This document shows positions 27,321-37,320 of a DNA stretch of 59,213 nucleotides, piece by piece (positions within the stretch are counted from its first letter, which is position 1; each line of letters starts with the position of its first letter). Source of the stretch: Snowella sp. (GTDB taxonomy: Bacteria; Cyanobacteriota; Cyanobacteriia; Cyanobacteriales; Microcystaceae); NCBI GenBank assembly GCA_035285545.1, contig JAYKGY010000056.1, positions 1 through 59,213 on the forward strand, written 5' to 3'. Under the pieces are notes generated by a model. That model did no database searches, was not told the DNA's origin, and saw only the letters and a list, made by a program, of their open reading frames with translations. The position numbers were made by a program, and so were the translations under genes.

Positions 27321-27869
27321 TTAACCTAATTGGGAAATTAACGCTAATTCAATCTGAGCATTTTCTTTGTCAGTTAGGGCTGCTTTGATATCGGGGCCAA
27401 AGAATTTTTCAATTTTTTCCAGTTTGCTTTGCCAAGTTTCCATTGAAATAAACGGAGATTCAAAATCTAGAATTAACGCATAGTGATCGGCGATCGCGGC
27501 TTCTCGGATACTGACTAATACGGGGCGTTCTTCATCCGTAGGGCTTAACCCCAATCGTTGGAGCGTGTCATCTAAATGGGCTTCTTGACCGTAACGATAA
27601 CGGGTGACATCCTTGCGAATTTGGTTAAGTGTCGGGGTAGCTTGTTTTTCCCGTAGGGCTAATACGGCTTCACTGGTGGGTTCACTAAAGGGAATAGGCT
27701 TTAATTCGGCTGCTTTGAGGGCTAAGCCGCCGAGCAGGAGAGGAATTCCGGAGAAAAATCCCGCTAAATTCAAAGTTGCGTAATCTAAGGCATAGGCAAC
27801 AAAACCAACAACCGTTAAGACACTCCCGACGGTTAATCCAACAAAAGCTAAGGAAATTTTACGCAGCAT
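27321..27869 (-). CDS. DUF2854 domain membrane protein
   Basis: Two N-terminal TMs; GLALKAAELKP, DVTRYRYGQEAHL and KFFGP motifs. Confidence 0.85.
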   Translation of the reverse strand: MLRKISLAFVGLTVGSVLTVVGFVAYALDYATLNLAGFFSGIPLLLGGLALKAAELKPIPFSEPTSEAVLALREKQATPTLNQIRKDVTRYRYGQEAHLDDTLQRLGLSPTDEERPVLVSIREAAIADHYALILDFESPFISMETWQSKLEKIEKFFGPDIKAALTDKENAQIELALISQLG

Positions 27870-28001
27870 TTTTCTTCAAAAAGATAACAGTTAACTTCTA
27901 TTATCCTGGAGATGAGACGGATTGTAACGACTTGTAAATGATTCAGACAGTTTCGCTAAGCTATAAATAACCCAGCGATCGCGGCAAAAGTGAGGAATTT
28001 T

Positions 28002-28604
28002 ATGACTAACCTGCTCGTTCAAAGCCCCTCTGTTCCCTTCACTATCCATTTTCCTTGGATAAGCTCAATGACGGACGAGGAATTTTATGAATTTTGTTTG
28101 GCTAATCAGGATTTACGCATCGAACGGACTGCAAGGGGAGAAGTGATTATTATCCCACCAGCTTTTTCGGACACAGGTAATCGAAATGCCAAGATTTCTC
28201 AACAATTAACAAACTGGTCAGATCGAGATGGTACAGGAGAATCGTTTGACTCTAGTGCGGGTTTTACTTTGCCCAATGGTGCAATGCGATCGCCCGATGC
28301 GGCTTGGATTTCCTTGGAACGTTGGAATACTTTAACTGATGATCAAAAAGCCTCTTTCGCGCCGATTTGTCCTGATTTTGTGATTGAGTTGCGTTCTGCT
28401 AGCGATAGCCTCAGCAGTTTACAGGCAAAGATGCAGGAATATCTGGAGAATGGGATTACTTTAGGTTGGTTAATTGACCGCAAAAACCGTCGCGTCTATA
28501 TTTATCGTCCCCATCAGGAAGTTGAGATTTTGGATAATCCTGAAACCGTTAAGGGCGATCCTGAATTACCAAGATTTAGGTTACAAATAGCAAAAATTTG
28601 GTAA
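28002..28604 (+). CDS. Uma2 family (PD-(D/E)XK) putative endonuclease
   Basis: FDSSAGFTLPNGAMRSPDAAW, CPDFVIELRS and KMQEY...LGWLID. Confidence 0.93.
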   Translation: MTNLLVQSPSVPFTIHFPWISSMTDEEFYEFCLANQDLRIERTARGEVIIIPPAFSDTGNRNAKISQQLTNWSDRDGTGESFDSSAGFTLPNGAMRSPDAAWISLERWNTLTDDQKASFAPICPDFVIELRSASDSLSSLQAKMQEYLENGITLGWLIDRKNRRVYIYRPHQEVEILDNPETVKGDPELPRFRLQIAKIW

Positions 28605-28611
28605 ACAAACA

Positions 28612-28653
28612 GATTAATTAATAGTTAATAATGATTAATTAATAGTTAATAAT
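28612..28653. repeat. Perfect 21-bp AT-rich tandem duplication
   Basis: GATTAATTAATAGTTAATAAT at 28612-28632 and 28633-28653; short-tandem-repeat (STRR)-like. Confidence 0.85.
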
Positions 28654-28749
28654 TAATAGAGAATAATTGTCAATGGTTTAAGTATAAAATATTGGGGTGG
28701 AGCTACCGACACAATTCTCATGAAATACCGATAAATCTGACAAGACTAG

Positions 28750-30114
<1,365 letters not shown>

Positions 30115-30134
30115 TATTTGCTTAAAACGTTAAT

Positions 30135-30158
30135 AGGTGGGCCATTGCTCACCTTTTC
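30135..30158 (+). terminator. Hairpin plus T-tract after eno
   Basis: AGGTGGGC-CATT-GCTCACCT followed by TTTC. Confidence 0.55.
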
Positions 30159-30176
30159 TCTCCCAAGCTTTAACTA

Positions 30177-30701
30177 ATGCCTTTCTCTTTACAAGAAGCT
30201 CATCAGAAAATTTTGGCTATTTACGAAAATATTGATCGTAACAGTCAATTTTATGGTCGTTTAGTTAATTGGTATGAGGGCATAGCTTGGCATTATGGCA
30301 TTGCATTAAAAGATAATCTCATTTTCGATACAGGTGGATTTTCTATTTTTGAAAGGAATTCAAATGAATTTTTTCAGGTTCCCGATTGTCAAATTTATAC
30401 ACCTGACGAAACCATTGAACGCTTATGCTACTCGCTGGTTTGCTTTAGAGAATGGAATTATGGTTTACTGGGCTGGAACTGTGAACATTTAGCACGTCTG
30501 ATTGCTAGTGATATGCCTATTTCCTACGAAGTTAAAAAGTGCCCATTTCCTATTCCTCAAATGAATCATGATGGCTGGCACCCTAGCGCAAAAGACATTT
30601 TTCAAAAGTTTATTGATGAAAATCCGAATTTAATTAGTGAAATATTTTTTATTTGTGGTCAAAAGTCTTTAGATAATCAGGATTTGATTAAGCAATTTTA
30701 A
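30177..30701 (+). CDS. LRAT/NC-domain-like protein (permuted papain-like NlpC/P60 fold)
   Basis: WHYGIAL (His motif) and Y.LL.WNCEHLAR (Cys motif), as in the LRAT family. Its stop overlaps the next start (TAATG). Confidence 0.65.
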   Translation: MPFSLQEAHQKILAIYENIDRNSQFYGRLVNWYEGIAWHYGIALKDNLIFDTGGFSIFERNSNEFFQVPDCQIYTPDETIERLCYSLVCFREWNYGLLGWNCEHLARLIASDMPISYEVKKCPFPIPQMNHDGWHPSAKDIFQKFIDENPNLISEIFFICGQKSLDNQDLIKQF

Positions 30702-31429
30702 TGAGTAATTCTTTAGATAATATTATTGCCGTCGTTTTAGCGGGAGGTTTTGGAACTCGGATTAAACACCTTTTGCCTGATGTTCCTAAGCCCATGGCCG
30801 CGATCGCCGATAAACCCTTTTTAGGTTGGGTCTTAGACTATCTACATCGACAAGGAATTGATCAAGCTTTACTCTCAACAGGTTATTTAGCGGAAGTGAT
30901 TGAACGCTATGCCCAATCTCAACCTGTCTCTGAAATGGAATTAGCCTGTTACCCTGAAACTGAGCCGTTGGGAACTGCTGGCGGATTTGTCAACGCTGTG
31001 AACCAAAGCCACAAAGAACCGAAAGCTTGGCTTGTACTGAATGGCGATTCCTTGATGGTGACGGACTTAGCCCCGCTTAATGAGTATTTAAACGATGAAA
31101 CCGTTGATGGCGTAATTTTGGGTGTTTCTGTAACGGATGCCTCGCGGTTTGGCTCTTTAGTTTATGATGAACAGAAGACACTTTTACAGTTTGCTGAGAA
31201 GCGATCGGGTGCAGGGGTGATTAATGGGGGCGTTTATTTATTGCGCGATCGATTAATTCAACATTTTCCGCCTAATGTCCCGTTGAGTTTTGAATATGAT
31301 GTTTTTCCATCTCTACTCCAGCAAAATTTTTGTTTAAAAGTTCATCCTGTGACTGCTCCCTTTTTAGATATTGGTACCCCCGAATCTTTAGCCCAAGCAG
31401 AAACATTTATTCGGCAATATTTTATTTAA
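30701..31429 (+). CDS. hddC: Sugar-phosphate nucleotidyltransferase, HddC-like (heptose-1-P guanylyltransferase)
   Basis: LAGGFGTRI...PKPMA, EPLGTAG, NGDS, INGGVY and FLDIGTPE; next to an HddA-like kinase. Confidence 0.8.
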   Translation: MSNSLDNIIAVVLAGGFGTRIKHLLPDVPKPMAAIADKPFLGWVLDYLHRQGIDQALLSTGYLAEVIERYAQSQPVSEMELACYPETEPLGTAGGFVNAVNQSHKEPKAWLVLNGDSLMVTDLAPLNEYLNDETVDGVILGVSVTDASRFGSLVYDEQKTLLQFAEKRSGAGVINGGVYLLRDRLIQHFPPNVPLSFEYDVFPSLLQQNFCLKVHPVTAPFLDIGTPESLAQAETFIRQYFI

Positions 31430-31443
31430 TGATTTGTTAATTT

Positions 31444-32424
31444 ATGCTGATTTCTCGCGCACCTGTTAGGATTAGTTTTTTTGGGGGAGGGACAGACTAT
31501 CCAGAATATTTTTTACAGCATGGTGGCTCGGTTTTGGCAACGGCAATTGATAAGTTTTCCTACGTCACAGCCAGCCCATTTTTAAGCCATTTATTTGATT
31601 ACTCTATTCGCGTTTCTTACCGAAAAGTTGAATTAGTTAAGACCGCGCAAGAGATAGAACATCGGGTATTTCGGGAATGTTTAAAATTTTGTGGATTGGA
31701 AAAAGATATTGAGCTACATAATGTGGCAGATTTACCGGCGTTTACGGGCTTAGGTTCGTCTTCTGCCTTCACGGTTTCTTTGTTGCAAGCGTTACATTCC
31801 TTTAAGGGAGAGTTTGTTCGTCCCCTGGATTTAGCCTACGAAGCGATCTATGTAGAACGGCATTTAGTGCAAGATAAGGTGGGTTGCCAAGATCAATTAA
31901 TGGCGGCAATGGGTGGTTTTAATTTAGTTGAATTTCGCACGGAAGATGACATTATTGTCAGTCGCGTTCCCATTTCTCCTGAACGATTAGCAGAATTTGA
32001 GGCTCATATTTTTATTGTCTTTACAGGCATTAAACGGAAAGCAGCCAATGTGGTGGAAAAGCAGTTGGAGAAGGTGGCAAATAATACGGAAAAATTGAAG
32101 GAAATGCGAAAAATGGTGGATAAGGGATGGGATATTTTAACCAGTAATCAATCCTTGACGGCATTTGGTGAATTACTGAATGAAGCTTGGTTAGCCAAAC
32201 GGAGTTTAGATGATAATATTTCTAACCGCGAAATTGATGAAATCTATCGACTAGGAAAAGAAGCTGGAGCATTGGGGGGGAAATTATTAGGGGCAGGCGC
32301 AGGGGGCTTTATGTTATTTTTCGCGCCGCCAGAAGTCCATCCTCGATTACAGTCTGTTTTTGTGAATCATCAAATTTTATCGGTTAAAGTGAATGCCCCT
32401 GGGTCGCAAATTATTTTTTCTTAG
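31444..32424 (+). CDS. hddA: GHMP kinase, HddA-like (D-glycero-alpha-D-manno-heptose-7-P kinase)
   Basis: APVRISFFGGGTD, GLGSSS, GCQDQ and GGKLLGAGAGGF. Confidence 0.85.
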   Translation: MLISRAPVRISFFGGGTDYPEYFLQHGGSVLATAIDKFSYVTASPFLSHLFDYSIRVSYRKVELVKTAQEIEHRVFRECLKFCGLEKDIELHNVADLPAFTGLGSSSAFTVSLLQALHSFKGEFVRPLDLAYEAIYVERHLVQDKVGCQDQLMAAMGGFNLVEFRTEDDIIVSRVPISPERLAEFEAHIFIVFTGIKRKAANVVEKQLEKVANNTEKLKEMRKMVDKGWDILTSNQSLTAFGELLNEAWLAKRSLDDNISNREIDEIYRLGKEAGALGGKLLGAGAGGFMLFFAPPEVHPRLQSVFVNHQILSVKVNAPGSQIIFS

Positions 32425-32583
32425 ATTTTGGGGGGAGAGAATTACAATCTTAAAGGATTGTTAAAATGCTACAGTGATATTGTTTTTAAGGGATCTAAGC
32501 TGGCTCAAAGCGCGATCGCGTCTCTAAAATATTGCTCAAATCCCCAATAAATCAATGATGGTCGCATAGGCAAGGGAAGACGC

Positions 32584-33045
32584 ATGGGAACAATTCGACT
32601 AATGCACGCGAAACTGCATCGGGTGAAGGTCACGGAAGCGAATGTGGATTATGTGGGGAGTATTAGCATTGACCCAGAATTATTAGAGAAAGTGGGAATT
32701 TTGCCCCTTGAAGAAGTGGATATAGTAAACCTGAATAATGGTCAGCGTTTTTCTACCTATGCCATTCCAGGACAAGCGGGAAGTCGAGAAATTTGTCCCA
32801 ATGGGGGAGCCGCCCTGTTGTGTCAGCCTGGGGATTTGTTGATTATTTATGCCTATGAAACCTGCGATCGCCGCGAATTAATGATCAAAGGGCATCGAGC
32901 TAGGGTGATGGTGGCTGATGAAGGGAATAACGCTCAGGAATTTTATTTCCAAAATTTGGTGCCGACTGGCGATCGCCTAGACTTTCAGAATTTAACGGCT
33001 GAACAAGTTAAAGTTTTAGATAATGAACCTGTATTTATGGTTTAA
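32584..33045 (+). CDS. panD: Aspartate 1-decarboxylase
   Basis: KLHRVKVT, the YVG|SISID self-cleavage site, TYAI and NGGAA; carries a C-terminal extension. Confidence 0.93.
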   Translation: MGTIRLMHAKLHRVKVTEANVDYVGSISIDPELLEKVGILPLEEVDIVNLNNGQRFSTYAIPGQAGSREICPNGGAALLCQPGDLLIIYAYETCDRRELMIKGHRARVMVADEGNNAQEFYFQNLVPTGDRLDFQNLTAEQVKVLDNEPVFMV

Positions 33046-33047
33046 CT

Positions 33048-33935
33048 TTGACCCCACTCGACAACAAGCCTATGAATGACCGTGAAACGCCGCTTTGGGA
33101 TACCTTACTGAAGCCCATTTTTCAGGGATTATTAATTGATCAAGCTGAAATAGACCGCCTGAAACAGACGATTGATTGGGAGTCCGAAGCAACCCACTTT
33201 ACGAATCCCGCCGTTGTCTATCCCGACTACTATCAAACCCAGAATTTTCATGGTATAGAAGGGGGCTATCTCACGGTTACTGCTGCACTGACCTATGATC
33301 CTATTACCCGCTACGTTTTACCACCGAGAGAGGAATGGGTTCGTCAAGGCTTGATAGAACGGATTGGAGGCCAACCCCGACGGATTTTAGATCTTGGTTG
33401 CGGCACTGGTTCTCTAACCCTGATGTTGAAACAAACGTTTCCAGACGCAATGGTGATGGGATTAGATTTATCGCCCCAAATGCTGACAATGGCACGTTAT
33501 AAGGCTCAACAAGCCAATTTAGACATTGAATGGCGACAAGGGCAAGCCGAAGCAACGCCGTTTGTTCCTCATAGTTTTGATCTGATTACTATCGCGCTGT
33601 TATTTCATGAATTGCCTCCAGCGATCGCGCAAGCCGTTCTCAGCGAATGTTTCCGGTTATTAGTTCCAGGCGGACAAGTTTTAATCTTAGACGGTAGCCA
33701 AAAAGCCCTACGCCAAACCAGTTGGTTGAATAATGTCTTTGAAGAACCCTATATTCAAGATTATGCCCAAGAAAGTGTCGATGCCGGATTAGGCAAAGCG
33801 GGATTTGAAGCAGTGCATACGGATGATTTTTGGTGGTTGCATCAAATTAGCCGAGGCATTAAACCGACTCCGATGCAGGAAACGGTTACCCCTGTTGCAA
33901 AAGTCATAGGAGAAGAAGCCATTCCTGTCTTTTAA
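33048..33935 (+). CDS. Class I SAM-dependent methyltransferase
   Basis: ILDLGCGTG and GLDLSP motifs; cyanobacterial YPDYY...FHGIEGGYL N-terminal motif. Confidence 0.9.
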   Translation: MTPLDNKPMNDRETPLWDTLLKPIFQGLLIDQAEIDRLKQTIDWESEATHFTNPAVVYPDYYQTQNFHGIEGGYLTVTAALTYDPITRYVLPPREEWVRQGLIERIGGQPRRILDLGCGTGSLTLMLKQTFPDAMVMGLDLSPQMLTMARYKAQQANLDIEWRQGQAEATPFVPHSFDLITIALLFHELPPAIAQAVLSECFRLLVPGGQVLILDGSQKALRQTSWLNNVFEEPYIQDYAQESVDAGLGKAGFEAVHTDDFWWLHQISRGIKPTPMQETVTPVAKVIGEEAIPVF

Positions 33936-34078
33936 CCAACCCGCTCATGAACAGGGGGGAAGACTCATTTCGGTAACACTCAAGTAACACTCAATTAAAA
34001 ACGCTTGACTGCTTTTGGGTTCAATTTTTTTCCATACGTTTATCCTTCGATTCCTTTTTTAAAATAAGAAATTTTCTG

Positions 34079-34798
34079 ATGTTAAAAGTTGTTTTATTTG
34101 ATTTTAATGGAGTGATTATTAATGATGAGCCGATCCATCGACAATTAATTGATGAAATTTTATTAGCGGAAAATCTGCGACCGGCATCCTATCAAGAACA
34201 TCAGGAGTTTTGTTTGGGACGCAGCGATCGCGTTTGTTTGCGGGCCCTCCTCGCCCATCGGGGACGGCCAGTTTCCGAAGAGTATCTAACAAAGCTGATC
34301 GAGAAAAAGGCGATCGCCTATCGACAGAAGTTAGCGGAACTGGACACTCTCCCGATTTATGACGGTTTAAAGCGGCTTTTAGCACAGATTCAACTCAAAG
34401 GTTGGCCCTTGGGATTAGTGACCGGAGCCGTTAAATCTGAGACGATTTTGGTCTTAAAAAAAGCAGAACTTTTCGATTATTTCCAAGTTATTGTTGCAGG
34501 CGATGAGATTAATACCAGTAAACCCCAACCAGACGGTTATTTATTAGCCATCGAACGCTTTAATCAGCTTAATCCTGAATTACAATTAGAACCGAAACAT
34601 TGTTTAGCGATCGAGGATTCCTTAGCCGGACTTCAAGCCGCCAAAAATGCAGGCATCAAAGTCATTGGGATTGCTCATACCTATCCCTATCATTTTATGC
34701 AACGTTATGGAAATTGGGCGGTTGATAAGTTCTCAGAAATTGACTTAGACCGAATTGAAATCTTATATTCCCGCAAAACTGAATCAATTTTGAAATGA
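34079..34798 (+). CDS. HAD-family phosphatase
   Basis: LFDFNGVI, SKPQPDGY and IEDSLAG motifs. Confidence 0.92.
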   Translation: MLKVVLFDFNGVIINDEPIHRQLIDEILLAENLRPASYQEHQEFCLGRSDRVCLRALLAHRGRPVSEEYLTKLIEKKAIAYRQKLAELDTLPIYDGLKRLLAQIQLKGWPLGLVTGAVKSETILVLKKAELFDYFQVIVAGDEINTSKPQPDGYLLAIERFNQLNPELQLEPKHCLAIEDSLAGLQAAKNAGIKVIGIAHTYPYHFMQRYGNWAVDKFSEIDLDRIEILYSRKTESILK

Positions 34799-34801
34799 GA
34801 G

Positions 34802-35686
34802 TTAAGCAGCGACAGGTTCCGGGACAAAAACCTCGATCGCTTGAGGGACAACGGAAAAAATTGCAGGGGTTTCGGTCGTGATTTCCCCATCGGTATTAAT
34901 GGGACGGGGGCGTGTGGTACGAATTTCAACGGTTTGTCCTTCTAAATCGCGTACCCAGGGTAAAATCTTTTGTTGCCCTTGGGGTAAATGATAAAGCAAG
35001 GGAAAAATTTGCCACCAATGTTTGACTTCTAAGCTATAGACATCCAAGCGTTGATCATCAATCAGGGCATCACTAGCAATCATCATGCCGCCACCATAGT
35101 AACGACCGTTTCCCACCGCGATCTGTAGGGTTTTGACGTAGTGAGATTGACCATTAATTTGAATATTGGCGTGAAAAGGGCGAGTTTGGCTGAGAACTTT
35201 AAGGGCCGTTAATCCATAGGCTAAAATACCCCAGCGACTTTTGGCTCCCTTGGTTAATTTTTGGGTAATTTCTACACTTAAGCCTAAGCTGGCAACATTG
35301 AGAAAATAAATATCATTAACCTTTCCTAGATCAATGGGTTTGCGATACCCCTGGGCAATGACTTTGCAAGCATCGGCGATCGCGGAGGGAATATTCAAGG
35401 TGCGAGCCAGATCGTTAGCGGTTCCCAAGGGAAGAATCCCTAACGGCAATTGGTAATGGACTAAGGTATTAACAATGCTATTAATGGTGCCATCACCGCC
35501 ACCGACAATGACCATATCTACAGATCTGGCATGATTTTTAATAAAATCAGTTGTTTTTGCCGCACTTTTCGTCGGAACAGTAATTAATTCAAAATCGAGG
35601 TCATCCAAAATATCAATGGCTTGGGCAAAGCTTTCCTTCCCCTTACGGGCTTGACGATTAATCAGTAATAAAGCACGTTTCGTCAT
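34802..35686 (-). CDS. YegS/DgkB-family lipid kinase
   Basis: GGGDGT, LPLGTANDLAR, NGRYYGGG and DGE motifs. Likely ATG at 35686. Confidence 0.92.
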   Translation of the reverse strand: MTKRALLLINRQARKGKESFAQAIDILDDLDFELITVPTKSAAKTTDFIKNHARSVDMVIVGGGDGTINSIVNTLVHYQLPLGILPLGTANDLARTLNIPSAIADACKVIAQGYRKPIDLGKVNDIYFLNVASLGLSVEITQKLTKGAKSRWGILAYGLTALKVLSQTRPFHANIQINGQSHYVKTLQIAVGNGRYYGGGMMIASDALIDDQRLDVYSLEVKHWWQIFPLLYHLPQGQQKILPWVRDLEGQTVEIRTTRPRPINTDGEITTETPAIFSVVPQAIEVFVPEPVAA

Positions 35687-35769
35687 AGGGATGACCCAAC
35701 TCCGAGAATCTGGATAGGTTAGCAATTATAGCCATTTTAACGAACCCTCTTCCCGCAATGATACTAGTC

Positions 35770-36993
35770 TTAATGATCCGAAAAATACCTCAGGGCAGCG
35801 ATCGCGTGTAATCTGACGATGGTTTCGGTATCCTGACTTAAGGTTTCTAAAATTTCTTGGGTCTTATTCACCTGTAGCTGGCCCAAACTATAGGCTAAGG
35901 CTTGACGGATGGTAACTTCTTGAATAAGAGGATGATTAGTCATGAAAAAATCTGCGAGAATCTGGGCTGCTTCGATTTTATCGTGATTCCTTCGGCCTAA
36001 AACCCGAATAATTTCTAAAACCCCTTCTAAATTTAGATAATTTAACGCTTGTTGAAGATAGGATAAACTCGTTGGATTTTTCTGCCAGGCCAAGCATTGA
36101 ATCAGGGCTAACTGAAGCAGTAAGGGCGTATGGGGCGTTTTTAAAACCTCAAATAAGGCTTTAGCACTCTGATCGTTCGGAATTTTACTCAGGACGATCG
36201 CGGCTTGTTGACAAACTTCTAAATTGAGATCATACAATCGAGGTTGCAATAATCGGAGTAAATCAACGGAATCACCCTCATCTAAACGGAAGCTTAGGGC
36301 GATCAGGGCTTCTTTGCGAACGGATGCAGCCAAATCCTGTAAACTTGACTTTAAAATTGGCAGAATACGGGGGTCAGAAAAATTCCCCAGTGCTTCAATC
36401 GCTTTGCTGCGGATTTTGGGATCAGCATCAGAGACAACGCTTAACAACGGCTCAATGACTTCTGTGCGTCGAATTTGCGCTAGGGCTTGAATGGCCAATA
36501 GACGAGTTGGCGGATCACCGAGGCGTTGGGATAAAACCTCAATGGCAGAGGGGCCAATTCGCCCTAACGCACTAATAGCCATCGCCTGTAATGCCTCATC
36601 GGTTCTCGTCTGTAATACATTAACCAAGGCGATAATCACCGCCGGTTGATCAAAATTCCCTAAAATTTGAGCCGCAAATTCACAGTGCTCTAAATCCTGG
36701 GTTTCCCCTTCCAACACACTGATCAAGGGTTTCACGACGCGATCGCCGAGGGAGGGAAATAACTTTGCCATATCCCAACGAATTTGAAAATCCCCCCGGG
36801 CCAAAATCTGGAGGGCAATCGGCACAAAGGACGCGATCAGAGCCTCATTGTCAGAAAAATTCTCCGTTTGCTCCAACCACCCCTGTTGCCAATAGTGGGC
36901 CGCTAAAGCCACATTCCCATCCGTTAATGCCCTATTTGCTTGATCTATCAATGAATTCAACGTTTTATTCGGTTTAAAAAGCGTGTTCGTCAT
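35770..36993 (-). CDS. nirB: HEAT-repeat (PBS-lyase-like) protein, probable NirB-type nitrite-reductase accessory protein
   Basis: Multiple HEAT/PBS repeats (IRSKAIEALG, VRKEALIAL). Divergent from nirA, the known position of nirB in cyanobacteria. The symbol rests on context. Confidence 0.65.
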   Translation of the reverse strand: MTNTLFKPNKTLNSLIDQANRALTDGNVALAAHYWQQGWLEQTENFSDNEALIASFVPIALQILARGDFQIRWDMAKLFPSLGDRVVKPLISVLEGETQDLEHCEFAAQILGNFDQPAVIIALVNVLQTRTDEALQAMAISALGRIGPSAIEVLSQRLGDPPTRLLAIQALAQIRRTEVIEPLLSVVSDADPKIRSKAIEALGNFSDPRILPILKSSLQDLAASVRKEALIALSFRLDEGDSVDLLRLLQPRLYDLNLEVCQQAAIVLSKIPNDQSAKALFEVLKTPHTPLLLQLALIQCLAWQKNPTSLSYLQQALNYLNLEGVLEIIRVLGRRNHDKIEAAQILADFFMTNHPLIQEVTIRQALAYSLGQLQVNKTQEILETLSQDTETIVRLHAIAALRYFSDH

Positions 36994-37157
36994 AATGGTT
37001 TTATTTTATAGAAATTGAGTAACCGTCTTTCAAAGGGGTTTATGCTGAGTCACCCAAATGGCACTAAAACAGGACAGCTTAAAACAAAAATCAACCGACT
37101 CAAAAAGCAAAATCCTTATTTAGTGTGCCGCGCTTTTTTCGCAGACCTCCCCAAGCA

Positions 37158-37193
37158 ATGAGATTATTTCATTATAAAAATGCAGGTATTGCA
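37158..37193 (+). promoter_or_regulatory. Two LysR-type (NtcB) motifs upstream of nirA
   Basis: ATGAGATTATTTCAT (AT-N11-AT, 37158-37172) and TGCA-GGTAT-TGCA (TGCA-N5-TGCA, 37181-37193). Confidence 0.75.
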
Positions 37194-37209
37194 AAATCCT
37201 TCATTATTC

Positions 37210-37251
37210 GTAACGTAAATTACAAAATGACTCAGCTTGTCTGCGTAACTT
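37210..37251 (+). promoter_or_regulatory. Class II NtcA-activated promoter of nirA
   Basis: GTA-ACGTAAAT-TAC (37210-37223), a 22-nt spacer, then TAACTT (TAN3T, 37246-37251). Confidence 0.9.
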
Positions 37252-37320
37252 AAACACTATGAAGACCCCGCCGATTGAGAACCGTTTTCTGGGATTGCCG
37301 CCAAAAGAGGCTTTAATATC

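Noticed and set aside
28612..28653. Possible CRISPR-like repeat next to a nuclease (Uma2)
   Set aside because: Two abutting copies with no spacer and no cas genes.
33973..33994. Direct repeat GTAACACTCAA x2 upstream of the HAD gene
   Set aside because: 11-bp period but a poor match to the Pho-box consensus and only two copies; no assignable function.
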